Assembly: GCA_947085655.1 (NCBI GenBank)
Contig: CAMTXH010000007.1
Span: forward strand, 46,085-110,084
From: an uncultured Omnitrophica bacterium
GTDB lineage: Bacteria > Omnitrophota > Gorgyraeia > JACQQV01
DNA length: 64,000 nucleotides
Direction of reading: 5' to 3'
The notes beneath the pieces were generated by a model. It had not been told where the DNA came from. It did no database searches and saw only the letters and a program-made list of their open reading frames with translations. Position 1 is the first letter of the stretch. The number at the start of each line of letters is the position of its first letter. Positions 46,481 through 55,098 of this stretch are shown here, piece after piece. The translations under genes were made by a program, and so were the position numbers.

Positions 46481-47397
46481 TTCGGAAAACCGGCCTGGTT
46501 TTGGCAGCACTTCTTTTTTGGGAGGGAGCGGCTTTCTCCCAGGAACCGGTTGCAAGGATCGTTGCGGTGGTGAATGACGAGGTCATCACCGAGCAGGAGC
46601 TTCAGGATGCGGTTCTGGAGGCGACCGGAAAAAAGGCAGAGGAGCCGTCTGTGCGGGAGTCGGCCCTCGACCGTTTGATCGAGCACAAACTGATTCTCCA
46701 GAAGGCGGCGGGACTCGGCATCTCCGTCACCCCCGAAGAGGTCCGGAAGGAAATCCAAAAGGTGAGGGAGAGTTTTCCCTCTGAGGAGGCGTTTCAACAG
46801 GCACTCGAAGATGCCCGCCTTACTTATGAAGCGTTTGAAAAGCGGTACGGAGAGCAACTTCTCATCCGGAAGATGGTCGGCCGTGAGGTCCAATCAAAGA
46901 TCCGTGTCTCGCCGGGTGAGATTGAGACGTTTTACCAAGAAAACCTGACTTTCTTTCAAGGACCGAAACTCTGGCGGATTGCCCATATCCTTATCCGAAG
47001 AGAAAAACCGGGTGAAGCGGATCCGGAAGCCAAGGCCCGTGCCGAGGAAATTTACAAGCGTCTTGAGGCGGGGGAGCCGTTTTCGGAACTTGCCAGGCAG
47101 TATTCGGAGGGGCCCCGAAAAGAAGAGGGGGGGGACCTTGGATACATTGAACCGGACAAACTGATGCCGGAGATTACAGAGGTCCTCCGGGATCTTCCGA
47201 TTGGAAGCGCTTCAAAAATGGTTGAAAGCCCGATTGGATACAACTTTTTCCAAATTCTGGAGCGGAAGCAAAACTACTCGATCCCGTTTAAGGAAGTCAA
47301 AAAAGAAATCGAGGCACGGCTCTACGAGGAAAAAACAAGAGCCGGTTATGCCGAGTGGGTTTCAAAACTGAAACAAAATGCCTATATCAAGAAATAA
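46477..47397 (+). CDS. SurA/PrsA-like periplasmic chaperone with parvulin (PpiC) PPIase domain
   Basis: Signal peptide 'MIRKTGLVLAALLFWEGAAFS'. SurA_N-like region ('VNDEVITEQELQ ... LIEHKLILQKA') followed by a parvulin domain ('IAHILIRREKPGEADPEAKARAEEIYKRLEAGEPFSELARQYSEGPRKEEGGDLGYIEP'). Confidence 0.75.
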   Translation: MIRKTGLVLAALLFWEGAAFSQEPVARIVAVVNDEVITEQELQDAVLEATGKKAEEPSVRESALDRLIEHKLILQKAAGLGISVTPEEVRKEIQKVRESFPSEEAFQQALEDARLTYEAFEKRYGEQLLIRKMVGREVQSKIRVSPGEIETFYQENLTFFQGPKLWRIAHILIRREKPGEADPEAKARAEEIYKRLEAGEPFSELARQYSEGPRKEEGGDLGYIEPDKLMPEITEVLRDLPIGSASKMVESPIGYNFFQILERKQNYSIPFKEVKKEIEARLYEEKTRAGYAEWVSKLKQNAYIKK

Positions 47398-48370
47398 CCC
47401 CACCGCCTACCTGACACTCGGGGATCCGGCCGGAATCGGTCCGGAGGTGGTTTTAAAGGCGCTGCAAAGTCCGCATCTTGGGTCCCTCCGGACCGTTGTC
47501 ATCGGCTCCGGGAATGTTTTAAGCCGGGTCGAGCGCCTCACCCGGTTTTCCATCCCCAAAAAGGCCCTTTTTGTCGACTTAAAGAATGTTCCGGAAAAGG
47601 GGTTCCGTTATGGAAAAGTTTCCGCTATCTATGGGATGGCGGCCTTTGAATTTATTAAGGAAGGGGTTCAGCGGGTGGGGAGGGATCCTTTCGGGTTTTT
47701 GGTCACTGCGCCGATTCATAAAGAGGCCCTTCAAAAAGCAGGACTCCCATGGCCCGGCCATACGGAGATGCTTCAGGATTTAACCGGTGCCAAAAGAATC
47801 AACATGATGTTTGTTGGGAAGCGGCTCCGGATTTCGCTGGTGACCTGGCACGTGTCGATCCGCTCTCTTCCGAATGCGCTGACCTCCTCGGGTGTTTGGG
47901 ATGCCCTCTTCTTGATGGAACAGGCCCTTCGCCGTTATTTTTCAATTCCGCGTCCGATGATAGGGCTTTGTGCTTTGAATCCGCATGCGGGGGAAGGGGG
48001 AATTTTCGGGGATGAAGAGAGGCGAATCCTCAAACCCGCTCTTCAACGTGCAAGACGGAAGGGGATCCGGGTGGAAGGACCCCTTCCATCGGATGATCTG
48101 TTCTACAGGGCGTATCACGGCCGGTATGACGGGGTGGTGGCCCTTTATCATGATCAGGGACTCATCCCCTTTAAAATGATTGAGCGGGAAGTCGGCGTGA
48201 ATGTTTCGCTCGGACTTCCGTTTGTCCGGACCTCTCCGGATCACGGAACCGCCTTTGATATTGCGGGAAAAGACCGGGCCGACCCCCGTTCCATGATCGA
48301 AGCGATCCGATTGGGAAGAGCGATGACGATGGCCGATTCTGGAAAACGACATGGACCTTGGAACTCTTAA
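47378..48370 (+). CDS. pdxA: 4-hydroxythreonine-4-phosphate dehydrogenase PdxA
   Basis: 'LTLGDPAGIGPEVVLKAL ... APIHKEAL ... GHTEML', a PdxA-family signature. Confidence 0.85.
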   Translation: MPISRNNPTAYLTLGDPAGIGPEVVLKALQSPHLGSLRTVVIGSGNVLSRVERLTRFSIPKKALFVDLKNVPEKGFRYGKVSAIYGMAAFEFIKEGVQRVGRDPFGFLVTAPIHKEALQKAGLPWPGHTEMLQDLTGAKRINMMFVGKRLRISLVTWHVSIRSLPNALTSSGVWDALFLMEQALRRYFSIPRPMIGLCALNPHAGEGGIFGDEERRILKPALQRARRKGIRVEGPLPSDDLFYRAYHGRYDGVVALYHDQGLIPFKMIEREVGVNVSLGLPFVRTSPDHGTAFDIAGKDRADPRSMIEAIRLGRAMTMADSGKRHGPWNS

Positions 48371-49190
48371 AGCACTTTTCCGGAAATATGATTTCCGGCC
48401 CAAGAAACGCTTGGGCCAAAATTTTTTGGTCTCCCGGTCAGTCGCCGAAAGAATATTGCAATGTTTCGGAGAAACGGAAGAGCCGGTTGTCGAAATCGGC
48501 GGCGGGTTTGGTGCGCTCACCGGACTTCTGGCAGAATCTTCTCCGTCTGTCTATGTCCTTGAACCGGACCCGGTTCTTTACGGGTATCTTTCGGAAAAGT
48601 TTCAAGGGAGGGAGGGCGTTTGGATCGAAAAGAAGGATATTCTTAAAACCTCCTTTAAAGAATATGCCGCTCCGAAGGCCCGCGTGATCGGCAATCTCCC
48701 GTACGCGATTACGAGCCCCATCCTGATCCATCTGGTCAACGAGCGGCGGTTTCTCGAAGAAGCGGTCGTGACGGTTCAGGAAGAAGTGGCGGAACGGCTG
48801 AAGGCGAAACCCAGAACCAAGGCCTACAGCCCCCTCAGTTGTCTTTTACAGTGTTTTGCCGAGATAACAGCCCTTTTCAAGATCCCGCCGGGCGCTTTTT
48901 ACCCCCGGTCGAAAGTCGATTCCCGTGTGGTCCGGATCCGTTTTCTCATCCGGCCGGCCGTCGCCCCCAGGGACCTTGATTTTATGTTCCAGGTCATCCG
49001 GGCCGGTTTTGGGAAGCGGCGTAAGCTCTTGGCCAATGCCCTCCAGGATTTAGGCCTTCCCAAGGAAAAGATCGTGGCCGGTCTGGAAGAGGCCGGTTTT
49101 TCTAAGGGGGTGCGAGCAGAGGAGTTAGAGCTTTCCGCTTTTGCCCGGCTCTCGGATCAATTTCAGACATTGACAAGGGGGAAAAAGTAG
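48351..49190 (+). CDS. rsmA: 16S rRNA (adenine1518/1519-N6)-dimethyltransferase RsmA/KsgA
   Basis: 'KRLGQNFLV', 'VVEIGGGFGALT', 'IGNLPYAITSPIL'. Confidence 0.9.
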   Translation: MDLGTLKALFRKYDFRPKKRLGQNFLVSRSVAERILQCFGETEEPVVEIGGGFGALTGLLAESSPSVYVLEPDPVLYGYLSEKFQGREGVWIEKKDILKTSFKEYAAPKARVIGNLPYAITSPILIHLVNERRFLEEAVVTVQEEVAERLKAKPRTKAYSPLSCLLQCFAEITALFKIPPGAFYPRSKVDSRVVRIRFLIRPAVAPRDLDFMFQVIRAGFGKRRKLLANALQDLGLPKEKIVAGLEEAGFSKGVRAEELELSAFARLSDQFQTLTRGKK

Positions 49191-49198
49191 TGTATACT
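49170..49198 (+). promoter_or_regulatory. Perfect sigma70 promoter overlapping the rsmA 3' end
   Basis: TTGACA, a 17-nt spacer, then TATACT. It drives the structured RNA downstream. Confidence 0.5.
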
Positions 49199-49204
49199 AT
49201 TGCG

Positions 49205-49473
49205 TAGTTTGAAGTTTTGACAATCGAATAAGACGAAAATCCAGGAAACTGGATTCCACACTCAGCAACGGGTGTGGGAGGCAAACCCGCCGAAAGGCGG
49301 GGACGCCTACTAGGGACTCCAAAGAAGACAAAAGGGTGCCCGGTAGGCCCAATCTGACAGAGGTCAGGTCGGGCAAAGCCGTGAACCTTCATCTCGAAGG
49401 GTAGTCGGGATAAGGTTGTCTGGTTGCCGAAGGAACGTTTTACCCCATCTTCTTTGGAGATGGGGTTTTTTGT
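49205..49473 (+). ncRNA. Structured RNA of about 270 nt, identity unresolved (stand-alone sRNA or riboswitch-like leader of the downstream secreted-protein gene)
   Basis: No ORF of 60 aa or more with domain support. Bounded by a consensus promoter and an intrinsic terminator (ccccatct / agatgggg plus T6 at about 49444-49472). Multiple short stems close GNRA-type or 4-nt loops (atccag-GAAA-ctggat, cccgcc-GAAA-ggcggg, ctgac-AGAG-gtcag, ccacac ... gtgtgg). Contains 'AGGUCAGGUCGGG', reminiscent of SRP-RNA domain IV, but lacks the paired GGAA-GGAAGCAGC consensus. Coordinates are uncertain by 1-2 nt. Confidence 0.4.
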
Positions 49474-49496
49474 TTGCGATAAGGACGGTGATTCCG

Positions 49497-50111
49497 ATGA
49501 AAAAAATTGGAATAGGACTTATCCTATTTTCCTTGATTCTGTTGAGCGGAAAAGGGGTCCAGGCCTTGATTATTCCCCAGATGACGATGGAAGAGATGGT
49601 GGCGCGGGCCAATACGATTGTGATCGGGACCGGGGAGCATTTTCATTTTCATCCCGATCCGGAAGGGAAAGCCCTCTATGCCTTTATCCGCTTCCGGGTG
49701 AAGGAATATCTGAAGAATGACCTCGGCGAAGAAGAGATTGTCATCATGCAGATTGCCCAGGAGAAGGGCGAAGACGGAAGTTATGATTCAGGGCCTTTTG
49801 CCCTGAAGATGGATGAAGAGGTGGTTCTTTTCCTCACCGAGGAAGACAACGAAGGATTCCGCCATGTCTTCGGGCTTTCCCAGGGAAAATTCTCCGTTGT
49901 GGAAGGCCGGCGCGGTGAAAAAAATCTTGTCCAAGAGATGAAGGGAATCCGGCTTTTCAACAAAGAGACGGGTGAGATTTCCGAAGCAAAGGATAAAATC
50001 CGGATTAAAATGACGTATGACGAATTCCGGAACTTTGTCCGGCGGACCGTCTCCACCATCGAGGCCCGGAAAAAAGCGCTGGCCGCCATCCCGCCGAATA
50101 CTTCTTATTGA
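49497..50111 (+). CDS. Secreted hypothetical protein (204 aa)
   Basis: ATG 24 nt after the terminator, with a signal peptide 'MKKIGIGLILFSLILLSGKGVQA'. No recognisable domain. Acidic and Lys-rich. Confidence 0.5.
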   Translation: MKKIGIGLILFSLILLSGKGVQALIIPQMTMEEMVARANTIVIGTGEHFHFHPDPEGKALYAFIRFRVKEYLKNDLGEEEIVIMQIAQEKGEDGSYDSGPFALKMDEEVVLFLTEEDNEGFRHVFGLSQGKFSVVEGRRGEKNLVQEMKGIRLFNKETGEISEAKDKIRIKMTYDEFRNFVRRTVSTIEARKKALAAIPPNTSY

Positions 50112-50177
50112 CAGAACGGGCGTCTTTTTTGTAAGATAATCCCTACGGAGCCGTAACCCTCAAACCGTGGGGGAAGG

Positions 50178-50747
50178 GTGAGCCATCACCCGGAAGAACT
50201 CGTCCGGCTCTGTCTCCGAAAAGATCCCGCCGCATGGCGGCAATTTGTCAGCCGCTACGCCCCGCTTGTCCACCACGCCATCCGACGCACCTTTAACCGG
50301 TACCAGTTTCCTTTTCAGACCGAAGACCTGGAGGATTGTCTCCAACAGGTCTTTTTTCATTTGTGGGAGAAGGGCCTGAAGCAGGCAAAAGGGATCCGAC
50401 AGCCGGAGGGGTGGTTAGTCATCGTGACCTATCGGGTCACCCTGGATTGGATGCGGAAAGAACGGGGAAGGAACCGGCTCATTTCTCTTGACACACTTCT
50501 CCCGGATCCGGCAAAGGACCCTCGTCTGGTGCTTGAGACATTTTCGGCTGAGACCTCCCTGGAAGAAGGAATGTCCACCCTTCCGGAAAGGGAAGCAGTT
50601 CTTCTCCGGTTGAATCTTGTCGAAGGGAGGACCCATGCGGAGATTGCAGAACTTCTCAGACTCCCTGCCGGGACCGTCTCCTATCTCATCAAGCAGGCAA
50701 AGGGAAAAGTAGCCCATTTCTTAAAGAAGCACCTGGGGGAAAAATAA
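50178..50747 (+). CDS. ECF (group IV) sigma-70 factor
   Basis: GTG start after 'GGGGGAAGG'. Region 2 ('FVSRYAPLVHHAIRRT ... EDLEDCLQQVFFHLWE') and region 4 HTH ('REAVLLRLNLVEGRTHAEIAELLRLPAGTVSYLIKQAKGKV'). Confidence 0.8.
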   Translation: MSHHPEELVRLCLRKDPAAWRQFVSRYAPLVHHAIRRTFNRYQFPFQTEDLEDCLQQVFFHLWEKGLKQAKGIRQPEGWLVIVTYRVTLDWMRKERGRNRLISLDTLLPDPAKDPRLVLETFSAETSLEEGMSTLPEREAVLLRLNLVEGRTHAEIAELLRLPAGTVSYLIKQAKGKVAHFLKKHLGEK

Positions 50748-50750
50748 AGT

Positions 50751-50790
50751 TCCAAGAATTTTCCGACATTTTACGTCATATATAGATAGG
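50751..50790 (+). promoter_or_regulatory. Promoter-like direct repeat, copy 1 (upstream of the anti-sigma gene)
   Basis: tCCAAGAATTTTCCGAcATTTTACGTCATaTATAgaTagG. Near-identical to copy 2 at 51351-51391. Contains an ECF-like '...AAT ... CGTC' pattern. Confidence 0.45.
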
Positions 50791-50797
50791 AAAGACG

Positions 50798-51295
50798 ATG
50801 AACAAACTGCCTGAAAAGACCCTCTCATGTCCCATAGAACGCTCACTTTGGGATTACCGATCTGGCTTCCTCTCAAAGCGGAGGGAGGATGGTATCCGCC
50901 GGCACCTTTTTCGCTGTCGGTTCTGTCTGGAGGCACTCTTGGTGACTGATGAGTCGCTACGAGGGATTGGGTTTGATCCGGAGGAGCCACCGTCCAAGGA
51001 CTCCTTGGAAAGGGTCGTCTCTTTTGCAAAGAGGGACCGTCCTTCAAAATCCCTGTTTCAAAAGTCTTTTTGGCTTTTTCTGTCCCTTTTTTCGATCGGA
51101 CTTTCATTCCTCTTTAGCCGCTTTTTCCTTCAATGGCTCATCCTCGGCCTTCTTTTCGGTCTGAAATGGGTCTTTGATACCGCAACGAACCGGACCCTCA
51201 TTGTCATGTACGATCACTTGATAAGGAGGAAAGAGTCAGACGATACCAGAGAAGTAGGGCGGGGTGAGAGATGTGAGGAGAAGGCGCCCCCGTAG
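50798..51295 (+). CDS. Anti-sigma factor, ZAS-type (zinc-binding) with a C-terminal TM segment
   Basis: '...RHLFRCRFCLEAL' (the HxxxCxxC ZAS motif) followed by a hydrophobic segment 'FWLFLSLFSIGLSFLFSRFFLQWLILGLLFGL'. Located directly downstream of the ECF sigma gene. Confidence 0.6.
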   Translation: MNKLPEKTLSCPIERSLWDYRSGFLSKRREDGIRRHLFRCRFCLEALLVTDESLRGIGFDPEEPPSKDSLERVVSFAKRDRPSKSLFQKSFWLFLSLFSIGLSFLFSRFFLQWLILGLLFGLKWVFDTATNRTLIVMYDHLIRRKESDDTREVGRGERCEEKAPP

Positions 51296-51350
51296 TTCAA
51301 CCCATTTTGTTTCAACGGGTTATGGAAACCCCTAATTTTTTTAAAATTTT

Positions 51351-51391
51351 CCCAAGAATTTTCCGAAATTTTACGTCATGTATAAGTGAGG
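51351..51391 (+). promoter_or_regulatory. Promoter-like direct repeat, copy 2 (upstream of spoVG)
   Basis: cCCAAGAATTTTCCGAaATTTTACGTCATgTATAagTgaG. About 33 of 35 core positions are identical to copy 1. Confidence 0.45.
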
Positions 51392-51434
51392 CCATATGTC
51401 AGAAACGTTGAATCATCAACAAAAAGGAGGAACC

Positions 51435-51710
51435 ATGAACGACACACTTACACTTGAGGTAACAGGAATGCGAAGACTGGATGGGGAGGGGAAGGTCAAG
51501 GCGTTTTGTGATCTTTCTATCTGCGAGTCCTTTCTGGTCAGGGGCTTTAAAGTGGTTGAGGGAAAAAAAGGTCCCTTTGTCGGGATGCCGGGCCGTCAGG
51601 GAGGGGATGGGAAGTGGTATGATACGGTGCGCCCTTTGAATGAGGAAGTGAAAGAACGTCTGAATGAGATCATCTTAAGCGCCTATCAAGATGGAAATGG
51701 AGAAATCTGA
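51435..51710 (+). CDS. spoVG: SpoVG-family nucleic-acid-binding protein
   Basis: RBS AAAGGAGG. 'MNDTLTLEVTGMRRLDGEGKVKAFCDLSICESFLVRGFKVVEGKKGPFVGMPGRQGGDGKWYDTVRPLNEEVKERLNEIIL' aligns with SpoVG along its full length. Confidence 0.85.
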   Translation: MNDTLTLEVTGMRRLDGEGKVKAFCDLSICESFLVRGFKVVEGKKGPFVGMPGRQGGDGKWYDTVRPLNEEVKERLNEIILSAYQDGNGEI

Positions 51711-52071
51711 CCAAGGGAAATCTTTAGGCAAATTCGGGGAGATTCTTGCGGAACGATTCCTAAAGGATCGAGGATACGCTATTCGAGAGAGGAACTTCCG
51801 ATGCCCACTCGGCGAAATCGACCTTGTGGCGGAAGAGGGAGGGGAGCTGGTGTTCGTTGAGGTGAAGAGCAGGCGGGGAGGAGGATTCGGGTTCCCCGAA
51901 GAGCAGATTTCCTGGAAAAAACAGAGGAAACTGGAACGGCTTGCCGCTTATTATCTGAAACGGTACCGGCATGACGTTCCGGTCCGGATCGATGTCGTTG
52001 CGATTCTCCTCGGTCCAGAGAAGGAAATTCTCTCAATCACGCTTTACCCCGCCGTCTCTTTCTCCAGATGA
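51691..52071 (+). CDS. yraN: YraN/UPF0102-family endonuclease
   Basis: 'GEILAERFLKDRGYAIRERNFRCPLGEIDLVAEEGGELVFVEVKSRRG'. Confidence 0.8.
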   Translation: MEMEKSDQGKSLGKFGEILAERFLKDRGYAIRERNFRCPLGEIDLVAEEGGELVFVEVKSRRGGGFGFPEEQISWKKQRKLERLAAYYLKRYRHDVPVRIDVVAILLGPEKEILSITLYPAVSFSR

Positions 52072-52072
52072 G

Positions 52073-53623
52073 ATGATTGCAACCGTTTTTTCCGTCGGTA
52101 TCTTCGGTATTGATGGCTACCTGATCGAGGTGGAGGTCGACATATCGGAGGGGCTTCCCAGTTTTTCCATTGTGGGGCTGCCGGATGCGGCTGTCCGGGA
52201 GAGTGTTGACCGGGTGAGGAGTGCTCTTAAGAATTCCGGCTTTGTTTTTCCGAGGAAACGGGTGACGGTGAATCTTGCTCCTTGTGATGTAAGAAAAGAA
52301 GGCCCCTCTTTTGACCTTCCGATTGCGCTGGGCATTTTAAAGGCGACAGGACAACTTTCCGGAGAGATTCCCGAGAGGACCGCTTTTTGCGGTGAACTCG
52401 CTCTGGATGGAAGGGTTCGTCCTATTTCAGGGATGTTGCCGAGGGCCGAAGCGGCTGCCAAAGCAGGCAAGAAGCGATTGGTGATTCCGAAGGGAAATGC
52501 CTTTGAGGCGGCATTGGTTCAATCCCTTGCGGTCTTTCCGATTCAAACCCTTTCGGAAGGGATTCGGTTTCTCGCGGGTGAACTGAAACGGGGTAAAATC
52601 CGGCTTGATCCGAAGAGACTCTGGCACTCAAACGGTCACCAACCCATCCTTGATTTTCAGGATATCAAAGGACAATTCTCTGCCAAAAGGGCCCTTGAAG
52701 TCGCTGCGGCAGGAAATCACCATCTTCTCCTCATCGGACCGCCGGGGGTTGGGAAGACCCTTTTGGCGAAAGCGCTCCCGACGATTCTTTCGGAGATGAC
52801 GGTTGAGGAAGCGATTGAAACGACCAAGATTCACAGCGTTTCGGGCCTTTTGACTCATAAGAGGCGTTTTCAGATGACCCGTCCCTTCCGCTCGCCCCAT
52901 CACACCATTTCCGACGTAGGACTGGCTGGCGGAACTTCCCATCCGAGGCCGGGAGAGGTGAGTCTGGCGCATCAAGGAGTCCTTTTTTTGGACGAGCTTC
53001 CCGAGTTCAAACGACCAGTTCTGGAAGTCCTCCGGCAGCCGCTTGAAGAAGGAAAAATCTCCATCAGCCGCGCGGAATTTTCCGTCACCTATCCTGCCCG
53101 ATTCATGTTGATCTGTGCAATGAATCCCTGCCCGTGCGGTTATCTGTCCGATCCCAAAAGGAGTTGTCGCTGCAGTCCCAACCAGATCGAACACTATTAC
53201 CAACGGATTTCAGGGCCGCTCCTTGACCGGATCGATATGCATCTGGAGGTTCCTCCTCTGAACTTTGAAGAAATGACCGCTGCGCCTCGGGGGGAGTCAT
53301 CTGAGACCATCCGGGAACGGGTCCTCAAGGCCCGTGCCATTCAAAGGAAGCGATACGTGGAGGAGGGTATCTTTTGTAACGCGGAGCTTGGACCAAGACA
53401 GATTGGACGCTTTTGCCCTTTGCCAAAGGAAGGGGAAGATCTTGTTCGCCTGGCGGTCCAGGAACTCGGTTTCAGCATGCGGGCCTTGGACCGGATCCGG
53501 AAACTTGCAAGAACCATTGCCGATTTGGAGGGCTCCGAAACCATTCTTCTTCCTCATGTCTCAGAGGCGGTCAGTTACCGCTCTCTCGACCGGGACTTTT
53601 GTGCTTTATCTACCCATATGTGA
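52073..53623 (+). CDS. comM: YifB/ComM-family Mg-chelatase-like AAA+ ATPase
   Basis: ChlI N-terminal domain 'FSVGIFGIDGYLIEVEVD', Lon-like, Walker A 'LLLIGPPGVGKTLLAKAL', and a C-terminal Mg_chelatase_C. Confidence 0.85.
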   Translation: MIATVFSVGIFGIDGYLIEVEVDISEGLPSFSIVGLPDAAVRESVDRVRSALKNSGFVFPRKRVTVNLAPCDVRKEGPSFDLPIALGILKATGQLSGEIPERTAFCGELALDGRVRPISGMLPRAEAAAKAGKKRLVIPKGNAFEAALVQSLAVFPIQTLSEGIRFLAGELKRGKIRLDPKRLWHSNGHQPILDFQDIKGQFSAKRALEVAAAGNHHLLLIGPPGVGKTLLAKALPTILSEMTVEEAIETTKIHSVSGLLTHKRRFQMTRPFRSPHHTISDVGLAGGTSHPRPGEVSLAHQGVLFLDELPEFKRPVLEVLRQPLEEGKISISRAEFSVTYPARFMLICAMNPCPCGYLSDPKRSCRCSPNQIEHYYQRISGPLLDRIDMHLEVPPLNFEEMTAAPRGESSETIRERVLKARAIQRKRYVEEGIFCNAELGPRQIGRFCPLPKEGEDLVRLAVQELGFSMRALDRIRKLARTIADLEGSETILLPHVSEAVSYRSLDRDFCALSTHM

Positions 53624-53658
53624 GTGATACAATAGGGAAGGCACAAAAGGAGGGTGGG

Positions 53659-54195
53659 ATGGCAAGTTTCAAAGACCGGATTTTCCGTGCAGCAAAACTC
53701 GATGTCAGCGTCTATGAAGAGGTGGAAGCGGATAAAGGGGCGATGAGCCAGGCGATGGGGGTGGTGGTCCTTTCAAGCATCGCCGCCGGCATCGGGACCA
53801 TTCAAACCGGAGGGGTTGGGGGGATTCTGGTTGGAACCGTTTTCACCCTCATCGGGTGGTTCATCTGGGCATTCCTGACATATCTTATCGGAACCAAATT
53901 TCTCCATGAGCCAAAGACCAAGACGGATTATGGACAACTCCTCAGGACCATCGGATTTTCCTCAAGCCCGGGCATCATTCGGATTTTTGGAGTCATTCCC
54001 GGATTAACCCCTGTCGTTTTCCTCGCCGCCTCGGCCTGGATGCTGGTTGCCATGGTGATTGCGGTCCGGCAAGCACTCGATTATCAAAGTACCTGGCGCG
54101 CGGTGGGTGTCTGCCTGATCGGCTGGTTCGTCCAGGCGCTTTTTTTGGTTCTTCTCTTTTCCATTGCGGGTGGCGGCGTCAGGCAACCGGTTTAA
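53659..54195 (+). CDS. Yip1-domain membrane protein
   Basis: ATG after AAGGAGGG. An N-terminal soluble segment followed by 4-5 TM helices, in the Yip1 family pattern ('SVYEEVEADKGAMSQAMGVVVLSSIAAGIG'). Confidence 0.55.
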   Translation: MASFKDRIFRAAKLDVSVYEEVEADKGAMSQAMGVVVLSSIAAGIGTIQTGGVGGILVGTVFTLIGWFIWAFLTYLIGTKFLHEPKTKTDYGQLLRTIGFSSSPGIIRIFGVIPGLTPVVFLAASAWMLVAMVIAVRQALDYQSTWRAVGVCLIGWFVQALFLVLLFSIAGGGVRQPV

Positions 54196-54321
54196 GGGGA
54201 TTTTCAGCCGTTGGCAGGGTGGAGAGATTTTTGGTACTGCACCAAATTCCGGATCCCTCCTAGACTCTTCATTTTTTTCATTTTTATCTATTATCAATGC
54301 CTAATCCCTCTTTGGTGTGCG

Positions 54322-55053
54322 GTGGCTTCTCTTTGGGACAGGCTCATCTTCCGAAGAAACTTCCTTTCTTCCGTTCCTCCTCCGGTCCTCCGGTATCGGG
54401 TTCACGGACACCCGGGGCTCAGCGATTTTTTAAAGATCGGCCGGCTTTGTCAGGCGGATATCACACAGATCCTGAACAGGATGGGGAGACGGTTCGATTC
54501 GTTTCATAACATTTTAGATTTCGGGTGCGGTTGCGGTCGAACTCTCATTTGGTTCAGCCCGAAAGGCGGATCCCCCTCTTTTTTTGGAACCGATATCGAT
54601 CGTGAAGCCGTCTCCTGGTGTCGGGATCATCTTCCTTTTGCCCAATTCGAACAGAACGACCGACTCCCACCCCTTTCATACCCCTCCCAGACATTTGATC
54701 TGGTTTATGCCGTTTCAGTATTTACACACTTCGATGAGGAACTTCAATTCTTATGGCTGCGGGAGTTAAGACGGGTCATGAAAAGCGGCGGCATCCTTCT
54801 TCTTTCACTGCATGGCGAATATTATCAGAAAAGACTCCCTCCTGATGCCTTGCGTTTCCTAAAAGAGCACGGCTTTGCCTTCGTCAAGATTACTTCCAAA
54901 CCGATGGATGGCATTCCCTCAGGGTGGTTTCAGAATGCGTATCATACGAAGGACTATATCCTCAAGGTTTATTCGAAAGAGTTCAACGTGCTGGACTATC
55001 TTCCGAAGGGGTTCGCCGGTTATCAGGATGTTGTTCTTCTGGAGAAGCCCTGA
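54322..55053 (+). CDS. Class I SAM-dependent methyltransferase
   Basis: Motif I 'ILDFGCGCGRTLIWF', motif II 'FDLVYAVSVFTHFDEE', 'MKSGGILLLSL'. The start is uncertain. I chose the GTG at about 54322, downstream of an AT-rich putative promoter. The track ORF begins at 54211. Confidence 0.55.
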   Translation: MASLWDRLIFRRNFLSSVPPPVLRYRVHGHPGLSDFLKIGRLCQADITQILNRMGRRFDSFHNILDFGCGCGRTLIWFSPKGGSPSFFGTDIDREAVSWCRDHLPFAQFEQNDRLPPLSYPSQTFDLVYAVSVFTHFDEELQFLWLRELRRVMKSGGILLLSLHGEYYQKRLPPDALRFLKEHGFAFVKITSKPMDGIPSGWFQNAYHTKDYILKVYSKEFNVLDYLPKGFAGYQDVVLLEKP

Positions 55054-55098
55054 GCCGTTTTTCTGTTTTTTTCCGAGAGACGATGTTATAATAGAAAT

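Noticed and set aside
95-49361. Shared 13-mer CCCAATCTGACAG at about 95 and about 49349.
   Set aside because: A single 13-mer coincidence is expected by chance in 64 kb. There is no extended similarity.
49205-49473. Assigning the structured RNA to SRP RNA, 6S RNA, tmRNA, RNase P RNA or a ydaO-type c-di-AMP riboswitch.
   Set aside because: Only partial motif resemblance for SRP (the AGGUCAGGUC 10-mer) and for ydaO (scattered CCGAAAGG/CCGAAGG). Length or consensus does not fit any of the others. It cannot be decided without covariance-model search, so it is reported as unidentified.
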